From NCBI GenBank assembly GCA_016193315.1, contig JACPSJ010000001.1:599478-663477 (forward strand): DNA of 64,000 nucleotides. Reading direction: 5' to 3'. Source of the stretch: Candidatus Kerfeldbacteria bacterium. Lineage in GTDB: Bacteria > Patescibacteriota > Patescibacteriia > SBBC01 > CAIJZX01. Both the position numbers and the translations under genes were made by a program. A model generated the notes under the pieces. It saw only the letters and a program-made list of their open reading frames with translations. It had not been told where the DNA came from and did no database searches. This document shows positions 48,809 through 58,036 of the stretch, piece by piece. How positions within the stretch are numbered: the first letter of the stretch is position 1; every line of letters begins with the position of its first letter.

Positions 48809-49002
48809 GGGCGCACGCTGCGTTCTTAGTGCTCCTTTTCTTAGCTTCGGGTCTTTATCCCGAGGTTGGTCCTACGACCATTCGTGTCTAAGCCTTGCGG
48901 CTTTCGACCGTCCGGCGTAAGGCCTACCTCACCGTCCCGACCGCGAGGTCAGAACTCCGCAAGGGGCGGAAAGAATAGGTGCAACGCTTCGCACGCTGTA
49001 CG
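48809..49002 (-). ncRNA. Unassigned structured RNA candidate
   Basis: Dense hairpins between a TTGACG-N18-TATGCT promoter and a terminator; no convincing ORF. Confidence 0.5.
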
Positions 49003-49086
49003 GCCAAGCATATCGGACCGCGACTGGCGACGTCAAGTTGGGCTGGGCACATCCCATGCACATTTTTGTCCACAGTTTTTTGCACA

Positions 49087-49488
49087 CTACGTGGGCCGAC
49101 TGATATTGGGTTCCCGACCATACCAGGGTTTTACCACCTGGCGGCGGAATCGTCGTGGATGAGATTGAATTTTCCTGACCATCTGTCTGGATAACGGCTG
49201 GCTGACAACCACACCGGTCATTGGCACCTGCCGGACGGTGGACAGTGTGTTGGCCACCACCAGTCCGGTCCTGACCGCCGAAAACGGGCCGGGTCCGCGG
49301 ACGACGGCGATCCGCTTGAGCCGCTCGACTGTCAGCCGGCGCCGGCGAAGCAGTTCATCGAGAATAACCAGCAGCGCCTCCGCGCCATGATCTGGTACTG
49401 ATCGCCGGCGTTGGTAGACAACCTGACTGCTACCAACCAGCCAAACCGAAAGTTGGCCAGGGATGTTCGACTGGAGTACGGCCGTCAT
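49087..49488 (-). CDS. tsaB: Short TsaB-like protein
   Basis: HGAEALL and IAVVRGPGPFSAVRTG; N-terminal domain only. Confidence 0.65.
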   Translation of the reverse strand: MTAVLQSNIPGQLSVWLVGSSQVVYQRRRSVPDHGAEALLVILDELLRRRRLTVERLKRIAVVRGPGPFSAVRTGLVVANTLSTVRQVPMTGVVVSQPLSRQMVRKIQSHPRRFRRQVVKPWYGREPNISRPT

Positions 49489-50075
49489 TCGCCGCTTGGC
49501 TGCTGGCGCTTATCGATGACCGTAATTAGCGGCCCGGACAGAATGTTGTAGAGGAAGCGGTCAGTGAGTGCGTGGCGGTATTCGAATTCGGCTTTACTCA
49601 TCACCGTATAGTGGATGTCGCGGTCGAAGTGGTGCCGGAAGGTGTAGATCAGGCGACGGAGACGAGGACGGTGCGCCGAGCCAACAATCAGCACATCGGT
49701 TTGGGTATCATCACGACCGACAAAGAACCCGGTCAGAACGAGGAGGTATATCCGCCCGCTGCCTCGGACAGCCGTCAGCAGCCGACGTTCTTCCATCACC
49801 TGGGCCTTGAAGATGAGGGCCTTCAGCTCGGGGAAAAGCGGGTAGTCGATATTCGCTCGGTAGTAGCGCTTCTGTCGCTCGCCGGAACCAGTGACAATGC
49901 CAACCAGACTCAAGAATAGCAGCTCGCGCCGCACCGAATTGATGTGCTCGCCGATCTTCCGACTAATCTCCCGGACAAAGTACGCTTTGGTCGGGTTCGT
50001 CAGCAGCAGCCGAAGAACTTTCGCCCGCGTGCGTGATCCAAGCAATTGTTCCAGCATCTGTCGCCGGGGAGTCAT
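49485..50075 (-). CDS. wHTH regulator with nucleotidyltransferase-like C-terminal domain
   Basis: SRTRAKVL, FVREISR...NSVRREL and DVLIVG. Confidence 0.7.
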   Translation of the reverse strand: MTPRRQMLEQLLGSRTRAKVLRLLLTNPTKAYFVREISRKIGEHINSVRRELLFLSLVGIVTGSGERQKRYYRANIDYPLFPELKALIFKAQVMEERRLLTAVRGSGRIYLLVLTGFFVGRDDTQTDVLIVGSAHRPRLRRLIYTFRHHFDRDIHYTVMSKAEFEYRHALTDRFLYNILSGPLITVIDKRQQPSGE

Positions 50076-50112
50076 ATCTATAGTATACTGAAAAGCACCG
50101 ATCTGGGCCACT

Positions 50113-52344
50113 ATGAACCTCCGTCATCAGTTCGACACGTTGGTCCTCTACGATCCCGACCGATCAGTCTCGACCGTCAACGTCTGGGTTGCCCATCCCA
50201 CGCCGCCCGAGGAATCGGTGCTCGGGACGCTGTTTATCGTCAGCGCCATTGCTTCCCAGAGCCGTCTCAACCACGAAGTCCTCGGCCTGCTGCAAGATGA
50301 GGTTCGCCACCAGTACTATGACCGTCTTGACCAGCCACCGGAGTTGGCTTTCGAGCAGACGCTCCAGAAAACGAACCAACGACTCCATCAACTGATTGCG
50401 GAGGGGGTTGGGGGATGGGTTGAACAGGCCCACATCTTGATCGGTTCGCTGTGGCGGGACCGGCTGGCGGTGACCACCTTAGGGACCATGACGGTGTTGC
50501 TCATTCGTCGTGACCGACTCCACGATGTTCTGGGCGGCTCCCCATCGACCAGGCCAAATCCGCTCCGGCTCTTCGATCACGTCGTCAGCGGCCAACTCGA
50601 GGCGGGTGATCGGTTGATCATCTGCACCCCGTCATTGCTCGACTACTTCTCGCTCGAGAAGCTGCGACGCCTAGCGGTCGATCACACCCCGAGCCAAGCG
50701 GTCCGCTTGCTCGAGTCGACGCTCCTGGGGGTTGAACCACGGCTGTCGTTTGCCGCCCTGATGATGCATCTTACCGCTGAACCCCAACCAGCGCTGACCA
50801 CGTCTTCCGCCCCACTGGCGGGCGTTGCTCATCGACCAAGCCCACAACTGTCGATGGCGGAACTCGTTCAGCACCAGCGTGACACAGAGCATCTCTTGTC
50901 GCCATCAATCTGGCCGGCGATGAAAGATTTATGGGTTCAGCTGGTCGCTAGTCTCAGCCGAACCGCCCGGCGCCTGACGAATCGCCCGCCGAAGCGAAGT
51001 ATTCCGGCACTCGGCGACCACCCCGGCAAACAGCCGCGCTCGTTGATCACCGTCCCGGCCGTTTCGTCCGACCGCAGTTGGTCCCTGGCCAGAATATTTG
51101 CTCGACTCGGATCGTCGGCTCGGTCAGTGGCATCCGGTGCGCCATTTGTGCGCCCATCAATGGTTGTTCCGCGAGCGGGTCGGCATGGTGGGCGGGCGGC
51201 CGTCAATCGCTTCGTCCTCTGGTTCCAAGCATTAGCGCCACGACCACGAGCGCTGATAGTCATGGCCGTGATCCTCCTGCTGCTCCTGACCACGGCGGTT
51301 GTGCGTCAAGGCTCAACGGTGGCCAATCGCGGTCAGGACATGGCATCCACCATCACGAACTTAGAAGAACGACTGACGAAGGCCGAAGCGGCGCTCCTCT
51401 ATGGTGGTGAAGAGATCGCCCGTCAGCAGCTGGCCGAGGCCGAGACCCTACTGGCGCAGCTCCCACATCGGAAACGAGCTGACCAAGAGCGAGTAGCCGG
51501 CTACGAAAAACGTCTCGGCGCTCTCCGCAACTCCCTCCGGCACCTGACCTTCATCAATCAGCCGCCAGTCCTGGTGGCCTTCGCGGCCGATGAGCCGAGC
51601 TTCCATCCCAGTCAGCTCTATCACGCTGGGCCGCGGCTGGTGATGTTCGACCCCGACTCTGGTCGCGTTCTGGTGGTCGAGCTGAATGACCCGACCACGC
51701 GACGAACGACGGCCAATATTCTGGACACGGGTCAACCAAAAACCGCCGCGGTCGTCGGTTCGACGGCCCTGATCTTCAGCACCGATCGCAACGGTTTCGT
51801 TGAACTTGACCTCGATGACCTCAGCTGGCGACCACTTGACGCCCGTTACCCGCAAAGCGGTCCGGCTGTCCAATTCGTCTCCTTCTTCCAAAATCGAGTC
51901 TACGTTCTCGACCGGGTACACGGTCAAATCATCCGTTTCCAGCGCGCCACGAACACTCTCGGCACTGGTTCCCAGTGGCTTCGCGAGTCGGTCGATCTCC
52001 GCCAGGCCCGCGCGGCGGTGGTTGATGGTTCAATCTATGTCCTCCAGCCGAACGGGGTGGTGGAAGCCTACTTCGGCGGACGGCGTACCAATTTCCAATT
52101 GGAAACGGTTGACCCCCCCTTAACCGACCCCATCCGTTTGTGGACTGACGAACAGGCCAAGTATCTCTACCTCCTAGAACCGGCCACAAAACGCCTGGTC
52201 GTTTTCGACAAACGTGGGCAGCTTGTCGATCAGTACCAGTCCGCTGCTTGGACGTCGCTGAGCGATGTGGTGGCCGACGAGTCGAAGAAGACTGCCTATC
52301 TTGTGAGCGACGCTACTGTCTACCAGCTACCGCTCCAACACTAG
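50113..52344 (+). CDS. Membrane protein with degenerate PP2C-like N-terminus and beta-propeller C-terminus
   Basis: SGQLEAGDRLIICT, central TM, repeated YVLD/YLLE blades. Confidence 0.6.
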   Translation: MNLRHQFDTLVLYDPDRSVSTVNVWVAHPTPPEESVLGTLFIVSAIASQSRLNHEVLGLLQDEVRHQYYDRLDQPPELAFEQTLQKTNQRLHQLIAEGVGGWVEQAHILIGSLWRDRLAVTTLGTMTVLLIRRDRLHDVLGGSPSTRPNPLRLFDHVVSGQLEAGDRLIICTPSLLDYFSLEKLRRLAVDHTPSQAVRLLESTLLGVEPRLSFAALMMHLTAEPQPALTTSSAPLAGVAHRPSPQLSMAELVQHQRDTEHLLSPSIWPAMKDLWVQLVASLSRTARRLTNRPPKRSIPALGDHPGKQPRSLITVPAVSSDRSWSLARIFARLGSSARSVASGAPFVRPSMVVPRAGRHGGRAAVNRFVLWFQALAPRPRALIVMAVILLLLLTTAVVRQGSTVANRGQDMASTITNLEERLTKAEAALLYGGEEIARQQLAEAETLLAQLPHRKRADQERVAGYEKRLGALRNSLRHLTFINQPPVLVAFAADEPSFHPSQLYHAGPRLVMFDPDSGRVLVVELNDPTTRRTTANILDTGQPKTAAVVGSTALIFSTDRNGFVELDLDDLSWRPLDARYPQSGPAVQFVSFFQNRVYVLDRVHGQIIRFQRATNTLGTGSQWLRESVDLRQARAAVVDGSIYVLQPNGVVEAYFGGRRTNFQLETVDPPLTDPIRLWTDEQAKYLYLLEPATKRLVVFDKRGQLVDQYQSAAWTSLSDVVADESKKTAYLVSDATVYQLPLQH

Positions 52345-52494
52345 AACTCATTTCAAAACCTCATTTCGGCTGCCAGGCCCGATTTCGGGCTCCGGCTGGC
52401 GGCTCGGGTTCAATGTATCTCCAATACATTTCACCCTCCGCCGCGGCGCCGCGCCCGCGAAATCTGCCATTTCGCCCTGAAAGCAGGTTTTGAA
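52342..52494. mobile_element. MITE-like inverted-repeat element overlapping the rplL 3' end
   Basis: TTCAAAACCT (52352-52361) and AGGTTTTGAA (52485-52494), with central AATGTAT-CTCCA-ATACATT. Confidence 0.6.
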
Positions 52495-52839
52495 TTTTGT
52501 CGCTCCCTCCTTGATCATCTTCGGCGCCCCGTCGACCAGATCCTTCGAGTCCTTAAGACCTTTGCCCGTCGCCTCACGGACGACCTTAATGACGGCGATC
52601 TTGTTGCTGCCAGCGCCAGTCAATTCAACGTTAAAAGAAGTTTTTTCCTCCGCGGGTGCCGCCGGACCGGCCGCCGCTGGGCCCGCGGCCATGACCATCG
52701 GTGCGGCGGCGCTGACACCGAACTTGTCCTCCAAGACTTTGACCAGCTCGGCCAAGTCCATGACCGACAATTTTTCGATCTGTTCGACGAGAGCCTTGAA
52801 TTTCTCCGGCCCGTCGACTTTCTTCTGTTCCTCAGACAT
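52348..52839 (-). CDS. rplL: 50S ribosomal protein L7/L12 with aberrant C-terminus
   Basis: [37 protein letters not shown] and [14 protein letters not shown]. Confidence 0.88.
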   Translation of the reverse strand: MSEEQKKVDGPEKFKALVEQIEKLSVMDLAELVKVLEDKFGVSAAAPMVMAAGPAAAGPAAPAEEKTSFNVELTGAGSNKIAVIKVVREATGKGLKDSKDLVDGAPKMIKEGATKFKTCFQGEMADFAGAAPRRRVKCIGDTLNPSRQPEPEIGPGSRNEVLK

Positions 52840-52852
52840 AGAGACTCCTTTC

Positions 52853-53392
52853 TTATGACCCGCTGACAGCGGGTTGTTTTTCCTTAATAGCATTGAGCGT
52901 GTAGAGCAGCGATCGGAGCGTACCGGCAAAAACATTAGTCAACCCAGCCAGCGGCGATCGAATCATCCAGACCAAGATGGTCATCAGTTCCGGACGAGTC
53001 GGCAGTTGCGCCAGAGCCACCACCTCGGTTTTCGCCAGCCAGCGGCCGCCCACCCATCCGCCGGTCAATTCAACCGCCGGATGATCTTTCGCAAACAGGC
53101 TCAGCAGCCTAGCTGGCAGTACCTCATCATCATATCCGAAGGCCAGGGCCGAACCGCCGCTGAGTTGGTCAGCTACAGCCGGATCGAGTTGCGCCTCGGT
53201 GAGAGCGCGTTTCAGCAGCGTTTTCTTAGCCACCGTGTAGTCGACGCCCGCTTGACGTAATTGCTTCCGGAGTTCGGTCGCATCTGGCACTTTCAATCCG
53301 GCAAAACTTGTGAACACCAAGGATTTCATCCGGTTGAGCTTGTCAACCAGTCCGCGAACCGATGCTTCTTTGACTAGTCGGGTCTTGGCCAT
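52853..53392 (-). CDS. rplJ: 50S ribosomal protein L10
   Basis: GLKV...LRKQLR, VAKKTL and [10 protein letters not shown]; upstream of rplL. Confidence 0.93.
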   Translation of the reverse strand: MAKTRLVKEASVRGLVDKLNRMKSLVFTSFAGLKVPDATELRKQLRQAGVDYTVAKKTLLKRALTEAQLDPAVADQLSGGSALAFGYDDEVLPARLLSLFAKDHPAVELTGGWVGGRWLAKTEVVALAQLPTRPELMTILVWMIRSPLAGLTNVFAGTLRSLLYTLNAIKEKQPAVSGS

Positions 53393-53414
53393 GCGGCTCA
53401 GAGATTACTTGGCA

Positions 53415-53530
53415 CGAAAAGACTGTGGTTATTCCACAGCTCAACACGCCTCTGACGGGACTCATCCTGCACCGGCTCCGGAGTGGAATTATGACCCTTT
53501 GTCAGGCGGATCACCGGTGGTCTGTGGAAG
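53415..53530 (-). promoter_or_regulatory. Possible L10 autoregulatory leader
   Basis: Structured region directly 5' of rplJ, ending in a CTGTGG/CCACAG hairpin with a T-run. Confidence 0.35.
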
Positions 53531-53578
53531 TAACGACAGTTTAGCGACCCCACCGCAGCCTGTCAAGAACGGACCATG

Positions 53579-54601
53579 TTACTGAAGGTACTGGGCCTTA
53601 TTCCGGTTATGTTCGTCGAGCGTCCGAGCGAAGTGGGTTTGGCCTTTCGGATCGGTCAGAAAGTAATAGTATGGATTCGGTTCAGGGTTGACCGCGGCCC
53701 GCAGCGCCGATAGGCCGGGGTTGCTAATCGGTCCGGGCGGGAATCCTTGGTGACGGTAGGTGTTGTAGGGTGAATCAATATCAAGGTCCGCGGCCGTCGG
53801 TCGGAGCAGGCTCTTGCCGGTCACGAAATTGACGGTCGCATCAGACTGGAGTGGAATGCCGGCGGCTCTTCGCCTCAGAAAAATGTCAGCCGCCATGGCC
53901 CGATCCTGGTCGGTTTTCAACTCCCGTTCCACAATCGAGGCCAGGATCACCACCTCAAACGTCGATCGACCCTGGGCGACAACTGCCTGACGCATGGTCG
54001 AGGAGTATTTTTGATCAAAGTTATCAAGCAATTTCCCGATCACTTGACCCGGTGTCGAGTCAAGAAAAAAACGATAGGTGTCGGGGAATAAGAAGCCTTC
54101 CAAACCGGCCGTGGCCGGCTTGTCCGTTAAGAAAGAATAGTCCCGATCTCCCACGACTTGCCGGGTGTCTGGCTCCGCCACCGCCGCCAAGAACGCTTGA
54201 CGATCGATCACCCCGGCTCGATCGAGCACATCGGCCATCGCTTCGGCCGTCCAACCCTCGAGTAATTTGATCGTCACTTCCCGAGTTGTATCCGGTGGGG
54301 TAGTCACCAGGCGAGCGATGTCACGGATTGACTGGTCACGACGCAGCGTGTACTCACCACCCAGAATGCCGGCTCGTCTCCCGGTCAAGGCGATGTAGAG
54401 ATTCCAGTGCCACCGCGCCTTGATCAGCCCGCTGGCGTAGAGTTTGTCGGCCACCGCCTTCACACCTTCACCTTTGGCAATGGTCAGCATCACCGCCTGT
54501 CGGTTCGACGACAGCGGCTGGCTGACGAGGTGGTTGAACCACCAGCCGCCCGCCAGCGCGGCAACGGTGACGGCCGACAACGCGATCAGCACGATTCTCA
54601 T
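53579..54601 (-). CDS. mltG: Endolytic transglycosylase MltG
   Basis: LEGFLFPDTY, ASIVERE, LQSDAT and SPYNTY..GFPPGPI. Confidence 0.93.
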   Translation of the reverse strand: MRIVLIALSAVTVAALAGGWWFNHLVSQPLSSNRQAVMLTIAKGEGVKAVADKLYASGLIKARWHWNLYIALTGRRAGILGGEYTLRRDQSIRDIARLVTTPPDTTREVTIKLLEGWTAEAMADVLDRAGVIDRQAFLAAVAEPDTRQVVGDRDYSFLTDKPATAGLEGFLFPDTYRFFLDSTPGQVIGKLLDNFDQKYSSTMRQAVVAQGRSTFEVVILASIVERELKTDQDRAMAADIFLRRRAAGIPLQSDATVNFVTGKSLLRPTAADLDIDSPYNTYRHQGFPPGPISNPGLSALRAAVNPEPNPYYYFLTDPKGQTHFARTLDEHNRNKAQYLQ

Positions 54602-54603
54602 GG

Positions 54604-55680
54604 CTAGAGGTATCGATGGAGTGATCGCCGCTCGAGTTCCTGCACCAACCGTTTGACTTCTTGCGCTCGATCGCGGGGGCAGATGAGCAGTGCATCGGGC
54701 GTGTCAACCACAATCATCTGTTCGAGACCAACTGTGGCCACGACCTTGCCCTCGGAGGTATAGACAAGGTTGCCGCGGGAGTCCCGCTCAAGATGGTGAC
54801 CGCGGAGGACGAGCGTACGACCATCGGCGGCGAGAATGTGGTACAGCTCTCGCCAACTGCCGATGTCGGACCACGTCAGGTCGGCCGGGATGACGAGCAT
54901 TGTCCGATCGTGTTCCATGATGCCAAAGTCAATGGAAATACGTTGCAGTTTCGGGAACCAGCGATCGATCGCGGCGCGTTCACCGGCGGTTCCTAGCGCG
55001 GCGGCGATTTTGGTCAGGATTCGATAGGAGGGATTAAGCCAGCGACGGAACTTGTCGAGCATCGCGTCGGCACGAAAGACATAGATGCCGGGGTTCCAGA
55101 GATACTGCCAGCTGGCGACGAACCGTTCGGCTCGTCGACGGTTCGGCTTCTCAATAAATCGATCAACCAAAAAAACATCGGCCCCGTCAATCGTCTCCAC
55201 TTCGTGCTTCATCTTGATGTACCCCAAGCCGGTGTCGGCATACCGCGGCTTGACGCCAATCAACACAGTTTGCGACGGATGACGCTTGACGACCTGGCCG
55301 GCGTGCTTCAGGAGCTGGACATACCGATCGGTCTCCCGGACGTAGGCGTCCGACCAAACCGTGACCATCACCTCCCGTGGATTACGCCGGGCTATGACCG
55401 TGGCGGCGAGACCGATGGCCGCGGCTGTATCGCGCCCGCTAGGTTCCAAAATAAAATTCTGGCGCTCGAGCCGCGGCAATTGACGCCGGAGGAGGGCGTA
55501 GTGCCGCCGCCCGGTTGACAAGTAGATGCTACTGGCTGGCCATCCCCGGCGAAGACGGGAGTACGTCTTTTGGAGTAGGCTCTCGTTGTCACCAAACGGA
55601 TGCGCTTGCTTTGGCCGCTGCTGTCGTGACAACGGCCACAACCGGGTCCCGCTCCCACCGGCGAAGATGACTGGCTTCAT
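54604..55680 (-). CDS. manC: Mannose-1-phosphate guanylyltransferase
   Basis: AGGSGTRLWPLSR, FIEKP and WSDIGSW motifs. Confidence 0.85.
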   Translation of the reverse strand: MKPVIFAGGSGTRLWPLSRQQRPKQAHPFGDNESLLQKTYSRLRRGWPASSIYLSTGRRHYALLRRQLPRLERQNFILEPSGRDTAAAIGLAATVIARRNPREVMVTVWSDAYVRETDRYVQLLKHAGQVVKRHPSQTVLIGVKPRYADTGLGYIKMKHEVETIDGADVFLVDRFIEKPNRRRAERFVASWQYLWNPGIYVFRADAMLDKFRRWLNPSYRILTKIAAALGTAGERAAIDRWFPKLQRISIDFGIMEHDRTMLVIPADLTWSDIGSWRELYHILAADGRTLVLRGHHLERDSRGNLVYTSEGKVVATVGLEQMIVVDTPDALLICPRDRAQEVKRLVQELERRSLHRYL

Positions 55681-56315
55681 GATGGTGACGGTGAACTGGC
55701 AATGAGCGGCACAAACTGAAAGCCCGGGAACCGTTTCTCGGAGTAGCGTTGCTCATTAGTTCGCTCGATCAGGACTAGATCTTGTACATGCTGACCGACC
55801 GGAATAATCAGCCGGCCGCCGATCCGCAGCTGTTGCTTCAGTCCGGCCGGGGTCGCAGGTGCGGCGGCGGCCACATGGATAATGTCGTAGGGTCCCTGAC
55901 TTGGCCAGCCCCGGCTGCCATCAGCGGTCTTCAGTTCAACGTGCGCCAAGGAAAATGAGATCAAGTTTTGTTTGGCCTTACGGGCGAGCTGCGGAATCCG
56001 CTCGATCGCCACTACCGAACCACCCGGACCAACAATCGTCGCCAGCAGGGCAGTCACCCACCCAGAGCCAGCGCCAATGTCCAACACCCGCTCCCCTGTT
56101 CTCGGCTGCAGCGCTTCGAGCATAATGGCCACCGTCAACGGCTGAGAAATTGTTTGTCCAAAGCCTATCGGTAGCGGGCGGTTCTCGTAGGCCGCGGCCT
56201 GTTCGTCGGGAGGTACGAACCGGGCCCGATCAATCGCTCGCCACGCCGCGATGATGCGCTCGGTCTTGAGTCTGCCGTCGGCGACCAGCTGGTCGACCAT
56301 GCTGTCGTTGGTCAT
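55677..56315 (-). CDS. pcm: Protein-L-isoaspartate O-methyltransferase
   Basis: GQTISQP, VLDIGAGSG and FVPL motifs. Confidence 0.93.
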   Translation of the reverse strand: MTNDSMVDQLVADGRLKTERIIAAWRAIDRARFVPPDEQAAAYENRPLPIGFGQTISQPLTVAIMLEALQPRTGERVLDIGAGSGWVTALLATIVGPGGSVVAIERIPQLARKAKQNLISFSLAHVELKTADGSRGWPSQGPYDIIHVAAAAPATPAGLKQQLRIGGRLIIPVGQHVQDLVLIERTNEQRYSEKRFPGFQFVPLIASSPSPS

Positions 56316-56432
56316 AGCGTTCGGGTCTTGATCAAAACACTGCGGTGTGCTATACTGCCTTTGTTACCGGTGGCGCGCTTTTGCGGCGCCTTTTTTGTAT
56401 TGTAGCAAAAATCTCGCCCGACGCCACTGTCG

Positions 56433-57527
56433 ATGGTCGAGACAAGTTTGCATCCAATGGAGAACGAATACCTGCGCCGCTGGCGGGGACGATCCTCTCC
56501 GGCAGGCCAATCAAAAAATCATGATCGTGGCGAGGTCTGCATCGCGGTCGTTGACGGCCAGCCGGGCTTGGTTATCAAACGGACTGCGGTATTGTCGTTC
56601 CACGAAACGATCGGCTATCGGCCACCATTCCGATCATGGTGGTTGATCGGAATGTTCATCATCGGCGCCTGGCTGTCACCACGCGCCGCTGAGGCGGAAT
56701 TATTCTCCGCTGGCGCGATCATCGCGCGCACGAATGACGTTCGTCGTGAGCACCGACTGCCGCCGTTAGCGATTGACCAACGATTGATGGCCGCGGCCGC
56801 GGCGAAAGTTCATGATCTGGTCGACGACCAGTACTTCGCGCATACGGCCCCAGACGGACAGTCACCGTGGGTGTGGATGGAAGCCGCCGGGTATCAGTTC
56901 ACTGAAGCCAGCGAGAACCTAGCCATCGCTTTCAAAGATCCGACCGCCGTCATCGACGCCTGGCTGGATTCTCGTGCCCATCGCCGGAATCTATTGAGCA
57001 GAACGCTCAGCGATGTCGGCGCGGCCGTGGCCGAGGCATCATGGAACGGAACCTCGACCATCATGGTGGTGGAATTCTTTGGCCGTCGGAAGGCTGCCCC
57101 GACACCGACAATGACCACCAACCTACCAAAGCAACCGATGATAACGGTTCCACCAGAATTCGGACAAGCAGGTAATGAAGACATACCGACCAGAATGTCG
57201 CTAGCTGAGCCGGCGCCGCTAAAAGTTATCCCCAGCCTAGTAACGGCCGGCGGTCGACCACTCCCAAACCTCCGATTTACAATCCAGGCTCCGGGGAGTT
57301 CCTTCTCCGACCAAGCCCTTTCTCCTCAGGTCAAGGGCGCATTCCAATCACTGCACACTGGACGGGCGATCCACGACCGCGAACTTGCAGGCAATCCTGA
57401 ACTGACCCGACTTATTATCCTGGCCATGGCGATCAACTTGACCGCTGTCGCTGGTTATGGACTGTACCGAATCGGGCCGCGAGGCTCCGGTCCCAGCCCG
57501 GCGGCGGTTCGAACCCCCCGCCCCTAA
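56433..57527 (+). CDS. CAP (SCP) domain protein with C-terminal TM
   Basis: TNDVR, YFAH, SENLA and WLDSRAHRRNLL. Start uncertain. Confidence 0.8.
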   Translation: MVETSLHPMENEYLRRWRGRSSPAGQSKNHDRGEVCIAVVDGQPGLVIKRTAVLSFHETIGYRPPFRSWWLIGMFIIGAWLSPRAAEAELFSAGAIIARTNDVRREHRLPPLAIDQRLMAAAAAKVHDLVDDQYFAHTAPDGQSPWVWMEAAGYQFTEASENLAIAFKDPTAVIDAWLDSRAHRRNLLSRTLSDVGAAVAEASWNGTSTIMVVEFFGRRKAAPTPTMTTNLPKQPMITVPPEFGQAGNEDIPTRMSLAEPAPLKVIPSLVTAGGRPLPNLRFTIQAPGSSFSDQALSPQVKGAFQSLHTGRAIHDRELAGNPELTRLIILAMAINLTAVAGYGLYRIGPRGSGPSPAAVRTPRP

Positions 57528-58036
57528 GGTTTTCCACACCCCCCTAAAAAATCGGCAAAAACTCGAAAAACAGGGGGCTCATGGGGTTTTGCAGTCCTCC
57601 CCTATCTTGTACTACAATGTCGCTACCGTCAGGGGTGACCCCCTTGACAAATCCTGGAGGGATCGTGTAATTTCATCACGATTTTCCCGTCGTTTAGTGT
57701 TGTTCCTTTAGCCATTAAAGACACGTTCTTTTCCCTCGATGTAATCGCGAATCAGCCGCTCCTTAGACCCTAATTTCAACGTTTTCCACGTTCCACGCAC
57801 CTTTTACTTTGCTCGCACCTTTTATCAAAAAACCGAAGAGGGCCAACAAAAAGTTATAACCGACGTTTCACTTTTGTCGCCGCTTGACAAATATTGTTAG
57901 CGGTGCTATGGTGCAACGTTTTCGAGTTTTAGAACTTTCTGTTGGCTTTTTTCATACCAGCAGAAACCAAAAGAAGACTGTCTTCCTTAATAACTTCATT
58001 AATAACTCATTTTCATCAAGTCGTATCGGAAATACT

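Noticed and set aside
48809-49002. RNase P RNA, SRP RNA, tmRNA, c-di-GMP riboswitch or group II intron
   Set aside because: Diagnostic motifs were not found by eye on either strand; only fragmentary resemblance.
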